Shown here: positions 11,920-30,900 of the stretch, in pieces | How the letters are laid out: each line of letters opens with the position of its first letter | Numbering within the stretch: the stretch's first letter is position 1 | Origin: the human T2T-CHM13v2.0 reference genome, Homo sapiens | Assembly (NCBI RefSeq): GCF_009914755.1 | Contig: NC_060929.1 | Length of the DNA: 64,000 nt | Strand: one strand, 5' to 3' | Made by a program: the position numbers and the translations under genes | The notes under the pieces: generated by a model | What the model saw: only the letters and a program-made list of their open reading frames with translations | What the model was told of the DNA's origin: nothing | The model's database searches: none

Positions 11920-12424
11920 TGTGGTAAGAATCAATTCCCCTCCACCTTCCCTGCCCACTGTCACCCCCAATGTGTTCACACCCTAATCCCTAGAACCTAT
12001 AAATACATGACCTTATGTAGCAAAGAGAATTTTGCAAATGTGATCTAATGAAAAACATTGAGTTGGCGAGATTATCCTGGATTAACCAGGTAGTGTTAAT
12101 GAAATCCTGAAGGGGTCTTATAAACAAAAGAATCAGAAGATTCAGTATCAGAGGCAGAGAGAGATTTGAAGATGCTGCTGAGCTTGAAGATGGAGGAAGA
12201 AGCCACAAGCCAAGGAATGCAGGTGGTTTTAAGAAATTGAGAAAGATAAGGAAATAAATTTTCCACTAGAGCCTCCAGAAAGGAATGCATACAGACACCT
12301 TGATTTTAGCCTATTGAGACCTGTGCCACATTTTTGACATCCATAAATGTAAAGCAATACATTTGTGTTGTTTTAAGCCACTAAATTCAGGGTAATTTGT
12401 TATAACTGCAATAGAAAACCAACA
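11920..12424 (+). mobile_element. MLT1D/C-type MaLR solo LTR
   Basis: TG start, ccctaatccctagaacct..gagattatcctggatta..ctagagcctccagaaaggaatgc..tgtgttgttttaagccactaa..caatagaaaaccaaca end. Confidence 0.85.
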
Positions 12425-13792
12425 AGAGGAGTAAGAACATTTTTGTATTCTTTAGCAGAGTAAGATTATAGTATGAGTATTTTAATTAACTCCAAACATA
12501 CAGCGTAGAAGCTGTCTGCCACATAAAGTGGTATATGTCTATGCATATATATACTCCTGTATTATATATAATGATGTACATATATATGTGTATGAATGTA
12601 AATATATAAACATATATGCCAGAAATTAAAATTTTAGAAAAAAATACCAAAACACTGCTTTATGATGTATTCTGATGATAATTACCTATCTTGATTTCAG
12701 CATCCTTTCTAGCCTACAAATAAAACATAAATCATATTTATACTTGTCATTACATAGACTTCTGTCACCTGTGTCTAAAGATGAATACCTCTCAGTCTTG
12801 CAGTTATTAGCAGCTGTTACAATTTATCAGCCACTATACAAACACTTGAAGTTTGGGTAAAATTCAAAGAAATAATAATTCATGTATTTTTATAGTTTGA
12901 AAATTACTTCTACAATTTATATTCCCTGTAAGATAAACTAATAACATAACAATTCAGAAGCTCAGCAATGGTAAAATAGTATTCAAAAGTTTTTTAATAT
13001 CAATACATTTATTCTAATCATTGAATTAATACTTAATTAGGATTTATGTAATCTGTTATAAAAGTAGCTTTCTTAGTGCACCCAACATTCCTTTCTGCTT
13101 TCCGTCTTTTTTGTTGTTGTTTTTTTTCTATCCTTCTTTCCAAGCCATTTATTAATACAATGTTAATAAATGTTCATTTTGAGTGGGTTGGGTAATAATA
13201 GCTCTGAATTCTGGGTAATTATCAAATATTTTATAAAATGTATCACTATATTGGTAAAATAATTATATTTGTAATAGTGTTATCTTGTTGATAGTATAAT
13301 AATCATGATTATAATGATAAAAAGGCTAAATGGCTTAATGATGATCCAGAGGTACTTTTAGGAATACTTTGTTTTTCTAAAAATGGTACATATTCATTAT
13401 AATATTTATATAAATTAAATACTAAAAAGGGAACAAAATAAGTTATTTCAAATATTAATGTATTACAAATATTCAGGTAGAAAGATAAATAGAAAAACAA
13501 TGGAATTATATATGATATCTTTAATAAAATATTAAATTTTATTTTACATACATATAATACATGATAACTAAACAATGGAAATTGAAGTAAATGTTGAAAA
13601 TATTTGGTAAACATTTCTTTACCAACCACAAAAGCTATTAATTTTTTAAAGCATTTTAAAGTCATGAAAAATTAGAACATGAAATTTGGAGTTATAATTT
13701 TTCCAAGTCCGTATTTCAAGTTTTGACTGTGTTAACATACTCATTATTATAGAAGATGAGAAAAAAAATGTTTTATGCTTTGCCCACTTTTT

Positions 13793-14066
13793 TGTGGCAG
13801 ATGCTTCTCCCTGCATTCTGGTACTCTTGCCCTCATGTAATTCCCTCCCTTTGAGTATGGGCGTGATCTTTGCTTCTAGTCAAAATAATATGGCAATGAA
13901 AACAGGATGTTACTTCTATGATTACATTACATTTCAATGCCTGTCTTGCTAGGACTTAGTTTCTTGCAGACTGTTGGACTGAGAGCTTTGGTTTCTTACT
14001 CAGGGGTCTTTAGGACAGCTCACAAAAGAAATTCTTAATTCATCAAAGCTAGCAAGGGAGAGAGTT
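13793..14066. mobile_element. MLT1-family LTR fragments (a + strand 5' part followed by a - strand piece)
   Basis: gtaattccctcccttgagtatgggcgtga..gatgttacttctatgattacattac, then gactgttggactgagagc..catcaaagctagcaagggagag. Confidence 0.55.
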
Positions 14067-15479
14067 TTGGTAAGAAAAACAATTTTTTCACTTTTAGGTG
14101 TTTTTATTTCTAAGAAAGAAATGAACCTGACTTAAAGGCTCTTTTAATCCTTAAACCTCACCCTATTGCTTAACCTCTGCGGTGGAGATTGGAGAAGTGA
14201 AAGGAATCTGGGTAGTGGGGGACTTATGTGGCTTGGCTTCACATAGTACTTGGCAGGTAAGCTACTTACAATCAGGAATCATGTTATGTTCACACTTACT
14301 CCTCTTGTAAAGGCCCTTAATCGTTTGAACCAATCTCCTGGTTGCTTGAGAAATTACTTACGGTTTAAAGATATGGTTTAAACCCATATGGTTGAGATAG
14401 ATTAGATCCAGAGAAGCAGACAGACTTAGGAAAGACTTAAAAAGTCAAGAATACTTGATAGTGAACTGAATGTGGTTGAAAGATGAAAGATATTTCAAGG
14501 ATGATTTTTAGGAATCTAGTTTTGTACAATTGAATGGGTATAGCATCCTTTAATCTAGAAAAAAAACACATTCCTCTAAAGCATCACATCCTTTAAAATT
14601 ACTTTTCCTGTGTACTAGTTGTCTTCCCTTACCCTGATTAAAACCTCTATGTCCTTTAGAGTACCCCTAATCAGCATAACCTAGGAGTAAACCACCTACA
14701 CTAAATTTACAAAATCTATCATGTGAACAACTGATTCATCAGCACTACCTGTTAGAGTAATAAGCATTTTCAAAAGGAAGCTTATTAATTATATCTTAGA
14801 TGGTACGACAAAGGGAAATAAAACATTTTGGGTATTATAGGGCAGAAATTTGGGGGCATGGGATTTCCCCAGTGTTTCTCTTTTCCTATTGTACATGCTT
14901 ATCCTGAAAACAATATAGATGTCCCTAGATGTCACAAGGGTAAGCATATTGAGGTGGTATGGTATTTGTCACAATGGACTTTTAGTTTCTCATATTATTT
15001 ACTCGTAGTAGGAGTTTTAAACTTCTAGCTGTTTATCCTTACAAACAAATGAAGTTTTATAATCAGACTGTAAATGGGGAGCCATACTGTTAAGTATTAT
15101 ATCAATGTTACTCCTTATTAATATCAATTTCAGAATCTCTTTTCACTTTTCCAAAAAGTATTTATGAAATATTTTAACTCAGTATGATTTCTTTTAAATG
15201 GTTAAACTCAAAATGGACCTGGGTGATGAAATGGGTGATTAAAACCCTCAGCATCATAAACCATTTATTTTAAACTGGTTTACCTTACAATCAACTAATG
15301 CCTGCTCATGTTAGAAAACAGAAAAAAGTAATTTGTGATTGTAGTACATAGGAGCTTAATACTCTGACAGAGGAGGTATGGAGAAGGCAGACAACCATTT
15401 TGAGAGAAATATGATACTACTATGTCAGCAAATCTATTCTGGTGAGATAGTCTCTCATGAGCTCCTAATGAAATGTGTA

Positions 15480-17279
15480 TGTCTTAGTCCATTTTTGCTG
15501 CTATAACAGAAAACCAAAGACTGGGTAATTTGTAATGTGCGGAAATCTATTGGAGGCTTGGAAGTCCAATATCAAGGTGCCATCATCTCCCAAGAGCTTT
15601 CTTACTGTGTCATCACATGGCAGAGAGAGGAGCAAGAGAGACACACACACAGGGGAGTTAAATTTGCCCTTTTATAATGGTATCAATCCCATCCATGAGG
15701 GCAGATCCTGCATTGCCTAATCACCTCTAAAAATTTCCATCTCTTAATACTGTTACAATGGCAACTGTATTTCAACTTGAGTTTTAGAGGGAACAAACAT
15801 TCAAACCAAAGCATTCTGCCTCTGGACCACTCAAAACTGATGTTCTTCTAAAATATAAAATACAGTCATTTCATCCCAATAGCCCCAGAAGTCTTAACTT
15901 GTTCTAGCACCAATTTAAAAGTCCAAAGTCAAGAGTCTCTTCTAAATCAGATATGGGTGATACTCAAGTGCGATTCATCCCTCTAGCTGTGAGCCTGTGG
16001 AATCAAAATGAGTTATATGCTTCCAAAATACAATGGGTGGGATGGCCATAGGGTAGATATTCCATTCCAAAAGGAAGAAACCTGAGCAAAGAAAGGAATA
16101 ACAAATCCCAAATAAGTGTAAAACCCAACAGAGCAAACAACCTTATATATTAAGGCTGGAGAATAATCTCGTTTGACTCCATTTCCCAACTTCTAGGCAC
16201 ATTGGGGTGAGGATTGGGCCCAATCCTTCTCCAATAAGTAGCACCTAGATTATTTCTATCCATAATGAGTAATGCCTGGCTTCTACTTCTACCTATACCA
16301 ATCTCTTTATCAAATGATCACTTGGCTGCAGCCTTGATTTTCCCTCCTAAACATGCCTTTTAATTCTTTCCATGGCCAGGCTGGGTATTTTCCAAATCCT
16401 TACATTCTGTTTCCCTCTAAGTTATAAATTCTATCTTTAAATTATTTCTCTTTTTTTTTTTTTTTTTTGCATTTTACTACATGCAGTTAAAAGAAGCCAC
16501 ACAACACCCTGAATGCTTTGTTGCTTGTATATTTCTACTGCCAAATATCCTGGTTCATCGCTCTTAAGTTTTGCCTTCCATAACATCCTAGGGCACGGAC
16601 ACAATTCAGTCAAGTTCTTTGCCACTTTATAACAATGAAGGCCTTTTCTTTAATTTCCAATACCTTATTCCTCATTTCCACCAGGGACCTTATCAGAACG
16701 GCTTCTATTGTCCATGTATCTACCAACATTTTAATCATAACCACTGAAGTTATCCTTAAGAAGTTTCACTTTCCTTACATTTCTTCTCGTCTTCTGAGCC
16801 CTTACCAAAATCCTCCTTAGCACTCCATTTATGGCAATACAAGCTCTCCCGAGTCTTCTCTAATTTCTTTCAGCCTGGACTTATTACCCAGTTACAAAGC
16901 CACTTTCACATTTTTAGGTATTTGTTATAGCAACAGCCTACTTTTGGTACCAATTTCTCTCTTAGTCTATTTGTACTTCAATAATAGAATATCACAGACT
17001 GACTAATCTATAATAAACAGAAATTTATTGACTTAGAATTTCAGAGGTTGGAAAGTTCAATATGAAGGTGCTGGCATTTGGCAAGGACCTTCCTGCTGAG
17101 TCGTTAAATGGTGAAAGGCAGAGGATGAGAGAGACAAAAGAAAACCGAATTTGCCCTTTTATAATAGTAGAGTCCTCATGGCCTAATCAGCTCTTAAAGG
17201 TCTCACATCTCATTACTATTACAATGGCAGTTAAATTTCAACATGAGTTTTGGTGGGGACAAGCATTTAAATCATAGCA
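15480..17279 (-). mobile_element. Complete MST-type MaLR provirus: LTR 15480-15813, internal 15814-16958, LTR 16959-17279
   Basis: Two homologous LTRs (tcttagtc.attt...aca.gcattt/caaa.catagca) flank MST-int sequence. The 5-bp TSD is gtgta (15475-79) / gtgtg (17280-84). Confidence 0.9.
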
Positions 17280-17959
17280 GTGTGTGTCTGTGGTGGAAGG
17301 TTGCTGAAGGCCAACTGGGGACATGGATAGCCAAAAGTGTTGCACATAAATGATGGAGAATTGTGCAGTAGTTAGAAGCAATGAAATACATATACACAGA
17401 GAAATCTGGATGCAGTTTAAAGCATAATACTCGAGGGGGGAAAAAAAAGAACAGAATGAAACCTAAAGCCCAATACCATATATTAAAGTAAATGCACACA
17501 AGATAGTAAAGTTTTCACAAGAGCACACAGAAACTAAAAGTCACACCATAAACACAAAGTAAACACTCCTGGGAAGGAGAGGAGGAGAATGAGAGTAGGG
17601 AATAGAGGAAAAAGGGAGCCAGTAATTACATAAATAAGAGGGATCATTAAACAGAGCAGTGGACATAATTTCCAATGCACTGAGGTATCTAATTCATTTT
17701 CCTTTTCACCTAAGTTTCCTGTCTTATGAAAAATATACATGCTTGTATTATAAATTACACAGATTTGCAAAAAAGAAAATAACTTTTTTTTCGCATTCTA
17801 CTGATTAGGAATTTCTTTGTTTAGATGTTGCTATATTTCAATGTAATATATTTAATGCATTTTTACAGTTAAGAACAGAATAAATATATAACTTTATAAC
17901 TTGCTTTTGTCACTTAACAATATAGAATAAGTGGTAACAAAGTATAGTACAGATTTTTC

Positions 17960-18140
17960 CACTTACGACATTTACTAACTAGCTTTCTTATCTTGGACAA
18001 GTTGAGTAACTCTTTCGGTGAGAGTTTCTTTATCTAAGAAAGTGGGGTAATGATTTCCAATGTGAAAATCTGAAGATTAAATGAGATCATGCCTGTAATG
18101 TGCCCAATATGCTGCTGGCACAGAAATTGAGCAGCTATTG
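17960..18140 (+). mobile_element. MIR
   Basis: MIR core cttggacaagtt..agtttctttatctaagaaagtggggtaatga..gaagattaaatgagatcatgcctgtaa. Confidence 0.75.
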
Positions 18141-19069
18141 TTTCTATAAGCATTTCCTCACGCTAGCCTTAAAAATATGTATATTTTAATGTTTCCATTA
18201 TACCAAATGCTGAATTCTCCTGTTCTTGGATATTTAGGTTGCTTTGACTATTTGTGACTATAAATGATATTTTTAAGAACCTCTAATTGTTTAAGTTTTT
18301 ATTTTAATAATTATTTCTTTAGGATATTTGCAATTACCAAACATTATTGACATAACTAAGGTTTTTGATAATGGATTGCTTTATATTCTCCAGCTTGAAA
18401 ATATCAATATCTCCATCTTCTTCTAAAACATAACTTTATCACCATTTTGTTTCAACTTTTCTCTATCATATTTATTTCCTTTTTTCTAAAAGATCTGATT
18501 AATGTAAAATAATATTTTATATAACACTTTTCCTCCAATGTGTTTTCTTGCATTCCAGGGGCTCTTGTTTCTGGAACTGCATGTGCTTCATAGGAACTGT
18601 ATCCTTTTATTTAAAAAACCGTATAACTGGAAACATTTTTCTAAGTTATTTTTAACTTTTAAAACTGGTTTTTAGAACCCAGTTCCTTTAGCCATTTTTT
18701 TTTTTTTGGAAAAATCTTGAATGCTACATATTTATAGCAGCATTTTGTATCTAAAATTTTTACAATGCAGAGATGGGCTATAATTTTCTGTTTTAATACC
18801 AATTTTTAGCATTTTGATTATGCCTTAAAATTTTTAAATAAAACTGGCCATTTATTCCTAGTTTTCATATATAATATCTAGGGTGGCAAAGCAGTGTTTA
18901 AGATAACTTCATAGTCTGTTGGAAGACACTATCTACAATATTTATAGTACAACTCCAATGTTAAAACTTCCAGGAAAAGTTGGTTAGATGTTTTTGATGC
19001 ATTTCCAGGTAAAACAGACAAGATCAGTAGGTACTCTCATTATAGGGGTTCACTCATCAGAGGGACTGA

Positions 19070-19330
19070 TCAGCCATCAATTATTGAGAATAGAATTTGT
19101 GCAGCAAATTATGTGGGCTACAACAGGAGAATGGAAAGGAATAAAAGGCACATATCTTGTCTTCTAAAAATTTTTAATCTTATTGAGGGAGATTAGACAA
19201 CATACAGGAAATGAGAAAGATTATCAGGTAGCACATAAGTGTCTGGGGAGTAGAAGAGATACAGTGTTCAAGGGATCCTGGCAGTGTGATAACTAGGTAG
19301 CAGTTGGCAAAGTCTTTACGGAAGTTACAT
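19070..19330 (-). mobile_element. L2 fragment
   Basis: catcaattattgagaa..aataaaaggcacatatcttgtcttctaaaaatttttaatcttattgaggggagattagac. Confidence 0.5.
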
Positions 19331-20268
19331 GGGAGGAAAATTTTTCCCTAAACAAGGGATAAATTATATGTGTGGCATACATATTATATGTGTGGTATAC
19401 ATACCACACATATGAGGAAGCACTCTCCCAAAATTCCAAGCTTGCAAGTCAATCTGTGAATCAGTCTGTTCACAGGCTAATTTACAAATAAAAACCAGAA
19501 ACATTTTCTCTACCTGGTATTAGATGTGGGTTTTGACTCATTCAGCAATAATTTCTTCCATTTGCAGATGCTATCCAATCAATTGATATTTTAGTGAGGG
19601 AAGGTGGGCAAGGGGGAGAGAGGGAAGGTAATAAAGAATTACGAGTGGTAGGAAAAGGCCTACAAACAATGCCAAGAGTAAGCATGCTTTGGAATCAGCA
19701 GGGGCATGTGTTCCAGGAAAAGCATTGTTAGGAAATGAGACTAAAACCAGTGAGATAAGGCAGTTAGATAGAAATCAAACTGGGACTCAGAATTCTCAAG
19801 AAATTGGCAACCCTAATGACAATGGACAAAATGAGAGTTCCCTTTCTACAAAAAATTAGTAGATGCCAAATTCAGCCATGAAAATCAAATAAAGGGTGCT
19901 GCTTCGGTATTTTCATTGATTCTTAAAAAAATGTGAATCTTAACAGCACGTTTCAAGATAACGATTGATGAGAATGGGAATAAGCTTTTGCCATAAATTA
20001 CCCCAGTTCTGCTGCAGCAAAACATTTTGTGTGGTCAGCTCCTGTGTTTTACTGCAGTTCTGAGACGTTTACACTACTTGCCTTACGTCTTAAGTTATAG
20101 AACTTTGGCTGGGAATGGAGAAGGCTAAAGCTCAGATAGTGTAGTCTTTGAGGTTACATAGTTTGCTTGTGGCAATCCCAAAAAAGAAAGTTGTGTTCTA
20201 GAACTTTCATTAAGTATACTTTAAATTTTTTTATGTGAAGTTGGTCATTTATCCATAGTCTTCATATG

Positions 20269-20551
20269 CCAATGGTCCCTTAGTTATAATGGGTCAATTT
20301 ATGAGTTTTCTACTTTACAATGGGTTATTGAGACATAACTCCATTGTAACTTAAGGAGCTTCTTATGACATATAAGGGAGTAACAGTTTCTACTGAGTGC
20401 ATGTCTCTTTCTCACTATCATGAAGTTGAAAATTCATAATGGAACCATCTGATTAGTCAGAACCATTTACTATGTTGCCAGAATTAAATGTATTTTCTAT
20501 GTATGATGGGTTTTTTCAGATGTAACACCATTACAAGTCAAGGAGCATCCG
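20269..20551. mobile_element. MER47-type (TcMar-Tigger) MITE
   Basis: Termini are ccaatggtcccttagttata / tacaagtcaaggagcatccg followed by TA. Internal cagtttctactgagtgcat..tgaagttgaaaatt matches. Confidence 0.75.
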
Positions 20552-20869
20552 TATATTATTTAGGGTAGCAAAGCTGTGTTTAAGATAACTTTTTAGTCTG
20601 GTAAAAGACGTTATCTATAATACATATAATTACAGATGTATAGAGTTAGGGAATAACTCGTTATTTGGTTGACCTTTAGAAAGATGACCGTTCACACAAA
20701 TTGAAAAATATTATAAATAAAAGAAAAATAAAAACTCAAGATACTTTTAATGTAGGATTTAATTCAATGGATTAGGATTTATTAAGCAATGCTTACATTC
20801 TGCTTCTGTTGGTTTAACTATTTGTAATATGAACTTCAGCAAGGCTATCTGTGATGCTTCTCATGAGCT

Positions 20870-21088
20870 GTGTTAGAGACTGATGACCATTATAAAGGAA
20901 CAAATAAATATTTTTAGACTTTCTAAGGACTAGATGGCTTCTGTCATAAGTACTCAGTCCTGTTGTTGTAGTCCAAGAGCAGCCACAGACAATAGGTAAA
21001 TTAGTGAGCGTGAACATGGTCCAATAACACTTTACAAAAACAGATGGTGGGCCAGATTTGCCCAGCAGACTATAGTTTGCCAAACCTT
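20870..21088 (+). mobile_element. MER58A (hAT-Charlie)
   Basis: aaatatttttagacttt..gcagccacagacaata..ccaataacactttacaaaaacagatggtgggccagatttgccc..tagtttgccaaacc. Confidence 0.85.
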
Positions 21089-22730
21089 AATCCATTTTAA
21101 AGGAACCTTAAACAGAGACCGAAGTGAAAGAAACAAAGAATTGGGTTGTTGGGTAATTCAGAGTTTCAGTCCATGGCCTCTCTTATGCCTCTATATTTTT
21201 TAGTGCTAAATAGGTATTAGTGTAATTTAAAAATATGAATTAAATATATTATTTAGGAAAAAATCTCTACAAGCATTAATACTTTCATAAAGATAAAATT
21301 CTTTTTCAATTTTATTTAAATCAACAGATGAAAATATAGGTATTTATCATTTAAAACTTGATATTTTGAAGTATAGGTACATTGAATAATAACTAAATCT
21401 AGCTAATTAACATATGCATAACTGCATGTATTTATCATTTTTTAGTAAGGACACTTAACACCCACTCACCATTTTTCAAGAATATACTATATTAACTGTG
21501 TCGTACAATAGATTTGCTGAACTTAATTTTATCTAACTGAATTTTTTTTTTACCTTTTGACTGGCATCACCCCACCCCCAATCACCTCAGCTCCTGGTAA
21601 CTACCGTTCTTCTCTCTAGTTCTATGAAATTAACTTTTGTAGATTCTATATATGAATGACACTATGTAGTATTTGTCTTTCTGTGCTTGGGTTATTTTGC
21701 TAATGTAATGCCCTTAAGATTCATTTATGTTGTAAATTGTGGACTCTTTTTTTAGGGCTGAATAGTATTTCATTGTGCATATGAACTACATTTTTATTAT
21801 CCATTAATCCATGGATAGATATAGGTTGATTACATATCTGGACTATTATGAATAATGCTGCCATAAACACGGATGTACAGACATCTCTTCAACATACTGA
21901 TTTTTTCCCTTTATATATATACCCAGTAGTGAAATTGCAGAATCACATGGTAGTTCCATTTTTAATTTTGTGAGAAACCTCCATAATGTTTTTCATAATG
22001 GCTATAGTAACTTGCATTCCCACCAACAGTGTACAAAGGTTCTCTTTTTCTTCACATCCTGGCAAACACTTGTTATCTTTCATCGTTTTAATATCTTTTT
22101 AATAATACACATTCTAAGAGGTATAAGGTAATATCTCATTGTGGTTTTAATTTTTGTTTTCCTAATAATTGGTGATGTAGAATATTTTTTCATATACCTA
22201 TTGACCATTGGTTTACCTTCTTTTGGGAAATGTCTACTCAGATTCTTTGCTCACTTTTTAATTTTATAATTTGTTTTCTTGCCATTTTGTAATTTGTTTT
22301 CTTGCCATTGAGTTGTTTTAGTTTCTTGTATATATTGGGTATGAACCCTTTATCATGTGTGTGGTTTACAGTTACTTTTTCCCTTTCCATAGGTTGTCTA
22401 TTCATTCTATTGATTATTTTCTTTCCTGTGCAGACACTTCTAATTTTGATGTAATCCCATTTTTCTATTTTTGCTTTTGGAGTCCTGTCCCCAAAAAATC
22501 ATTGCCTGAACCAACATCATGGAGCTTTTCCCCTATATTTTTGTCAAATCATTTGATAGTTTTAGGTTTTACATTAAATATTTGAGTTGATTTTTGTATA
22601 TTATATGAGAGAAATTTTCAAATTGATTCTTCTGCATATGAATATCCCGTTTTCCAACACCGTTTATTAACAAGACTGTCCTTTCCTCATTGTGTGTTCT
22701 TTGCATTTTTGTCAGAAATTGGTTGGCTTT

Positions 22731-27939
<5,209 letters not shown>

Positions 27940-30900
27940 TTCGTTGGCTTTAAATGTGTAAATTTATTTCAGGACTCTCTATTCTGTTCCGTTGGTCTAT
28001 GTGTCTATTTTAATGCCAGTACCATGCTCTTTTGGTTACTATAGCTTTGTCATATTTTTTGAAGTCAGGCAGTATGCTTCCAGATTTGTTCTTTTGCTCA
28101 GGACTGCTTAGGTTACTTGAGGTCTTTTGTAGCTCCATACAAATTTTAGGTTTCATTTTTCTATTTCTGTGAATAATGCCCTGATATTTTTAGAGGAACT
28201 GAATGGTATCTATTGATTCCTTAAGGTAGTTAGGGTAGTATAGACATTTTTACCATTATTTCTACTAATTCCACGAACACAAGACATCTTTCCATTTATT
28301 TGTGTCTTCAATTTTTTTAGCAATGTTTTATATTTTTCAGTGTAGACATCTTTCACTTTCTTGCTTAAATTTATTTCTAAGTTTTTTTGTAGCTATTGTA
28401 AATGGGATTATTTCTCAATTTCTTTTTCAGATAATTTGCTGTTAGTGTATAGAAATTCTACTGATTTTTAAAATGTTCATTTTGTATACTGTAACTTTAC
28501 TGAATTAATTCATTAGTTCAAAAAGATTTTTGGTGGGGTATTTGGGGTTTCCTATATATGAGAATGTTTTCTGCAAATAGGGACAATTTACCTTCTTTTT
28601 TTTCCAGTTAGGCTGCCTTTGATTTTTTCCTCTTGCCTAATTGCTCTGGCTAGGACTTCCAGTACTATGTAGAGAATAAGTGGTGAAAGTGGGTGTCCTT
28701 GTTTTCTCCCCGATCTTAAAGAAAGATCTTTCAACTTTTCCAAGTTGTGTATGATTTTAGCTGGGGGTTTGTCATGTGGATATTGCCTTTATTGTATTGA
28801 GGTACATTGCCAATATAGCTAATTTGTTGGAAGTTTTTTATTGTGAGAAAATATAAATTTTTTTCAAATGCTCTTTTCTGCATTTAATATAAATTTTTTT
28901 CTTCATTTTGTTAATGCAGTGCATTACATTTTTTATTTGTATATTTTGAACCATTCTTGTGTCTCTAGGACAAGTCCAATTTGATCATAGTGAATAATCT
29001 TTACAAATATGCTGTGGAATTTGGATTGCTAGTATTGTATTGAGGCCTTTTGCATCTATGTTCATCGGGATATTTATCCGTAATTTTCTTTTTTTTTGTA
29101 GTATTCTTGATTGTCTTTGGGATCAGCATAATGCTGGCCTCATAAAATGAGTTTGGAAGTATTTGCTCTTCAAATTTTTAGAAGAGTTTGTGAAGAATTG
29201 GACTTGTTCTTTAAGTGTTTGGCAGAATTCGGTGGTATTGCTATATTGACCTCTTTGTCACAATATATGACCTCTTTTGTTTATTTTTACAAGTTTTGAC
29301 TTAATGTCTATTTTATCTCATAAGTGTAGCTACTCCTGCTTTCTTTTGGTTTTGATTTGCATGGAATATCTTTTTCTATCCCTTCCATTTCAGTTTATGT
29401 GTGTCCTTACAGCTGAGGTGAGTCTCTTGGCAGCATAGACATGGGTCTTGTTTGTTTGGTTTTTTAATCCATTAGCCATGTTGTCTTTTAATTTGAGAAT
29501 TTAGTCTAGCTACATTCAAGGTAATTAATCATAGCTAAGTGCTTACTACCATCATTTGATTGTTTTCTAGTTGTTTTGTAGATACTTTGTTTTTTTCTTC
29601 TTTTGCTGTCTTCCTTTGTGGCTAAGTAATTTTCTTTAGTGGTATATTTTGACTCCTTGCTTTCTAACTTTTTGTGTTTCTACTGTAAGTTTTTGCTTTT
29701 GGTTACCGTGAAGCTTACAAAATCATCTTGTAATTATAATAGAATATTTTAAGCTAAAATCAACTGTGATGACAAAAATTACAACTGCAGACTTTTACTT
29801 CACTCTTCCTCAATATTTTACATTTTTTATTTTTAAATTTACTTTTTAAAATATTTATCGCTTAACAAATCTATAATTTATAGTAGTTTTGTCTCATAAA
29901 CATATGTGTTTCACACATCACCATATCACCATTATAGTATTAAATTACTCTGAATTTGTGTATTTGCTTTTACCAGTTAATAGTTTCAGCTGTTTTGTGT
30001 TAATCATTAACATCTTTTTTTAATATTGAATAGCTTTCTTTAGCATTTCTTGTAAAGCAAGTCTGGTAGTGATTAACCCTCTCAGCTTTTTGTGGCTTTT
30101 TTTTTTTTTTTTTTTGGCAGAGGTGGGGTCTGGAAAAATCTTTATCACTTTCATTAGTGAAGGATAGTTTTGCTAGGTACAGTATGCTTGGTTGTCATTT
30201 TTTCCTTAGCACTTTAACTAGATTATCTCATGCTCTCCTGGCCTTCTTCTGCTGAGAAGTTGTCTGCTAGCCATACAGGAACTTCCTTATATGTTGTTTG
30301 CTTCTTTACTCTCACTGCTTTCAGGATCCTTTCTCTGTCTTTGATTTTTGACAGTTTCATTTTAGTATATCTTGAGGTAGTGTTGTTTGAGTTGAATCTT
30401 TTTGGTGAGCATTGTCCTTACATTACCTGGATAGTTATCTTTCTCCAGGTTTGGAAAGTTTTCTGCTATTATTTTTTAAAAGTAAGCTTTCTAATCTGTC
30501 TTTAAGTTGAGAGATTCATTCGTCTGCTTGATCAATTTTTCTGTTGATGCTGTCTACTGGACTTTTCACTGTATTTTTCAGCTGCAGGCTGTTTGATATT
30601 TTATTATTTTAATTTCTGTTAATTTTCTAATTATGGTCATTTATTTCTTTCCTCATGTCATTGAATTCCTCTGTATTTCCATTGAGTTTCTCTATTTTCT
30701 TGTTCTCTGATCTTCCTTAAAATAGTTATTTTGAATTCCTTTTTAGGAAGTTTATACGTCTCATTTTTTTTGGGGGGGGCATGTCATTGGCACTTTATCT
30801 TTTTGTTTATACTATTTTTCTTTATTCTTTATTGTTGTGGTCATGCATTTACGTCATTGCAGTCTTCGTAGACTGGCTTTATCTGGGAATTCCCTTCACC

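Noticed and set aside
13309-13665. 118-aa hydrophobic ORF
   Set aside because: It is a low-complexity product of very AT-rich DNA with no recognisable domain or splice context.
15700-15730. Possible DUX4 site in the MST LTR (ttgcctaatca)
   Set aside because: It deviates from TAAYYYAATCA in the first half-site, so it is not supportable.
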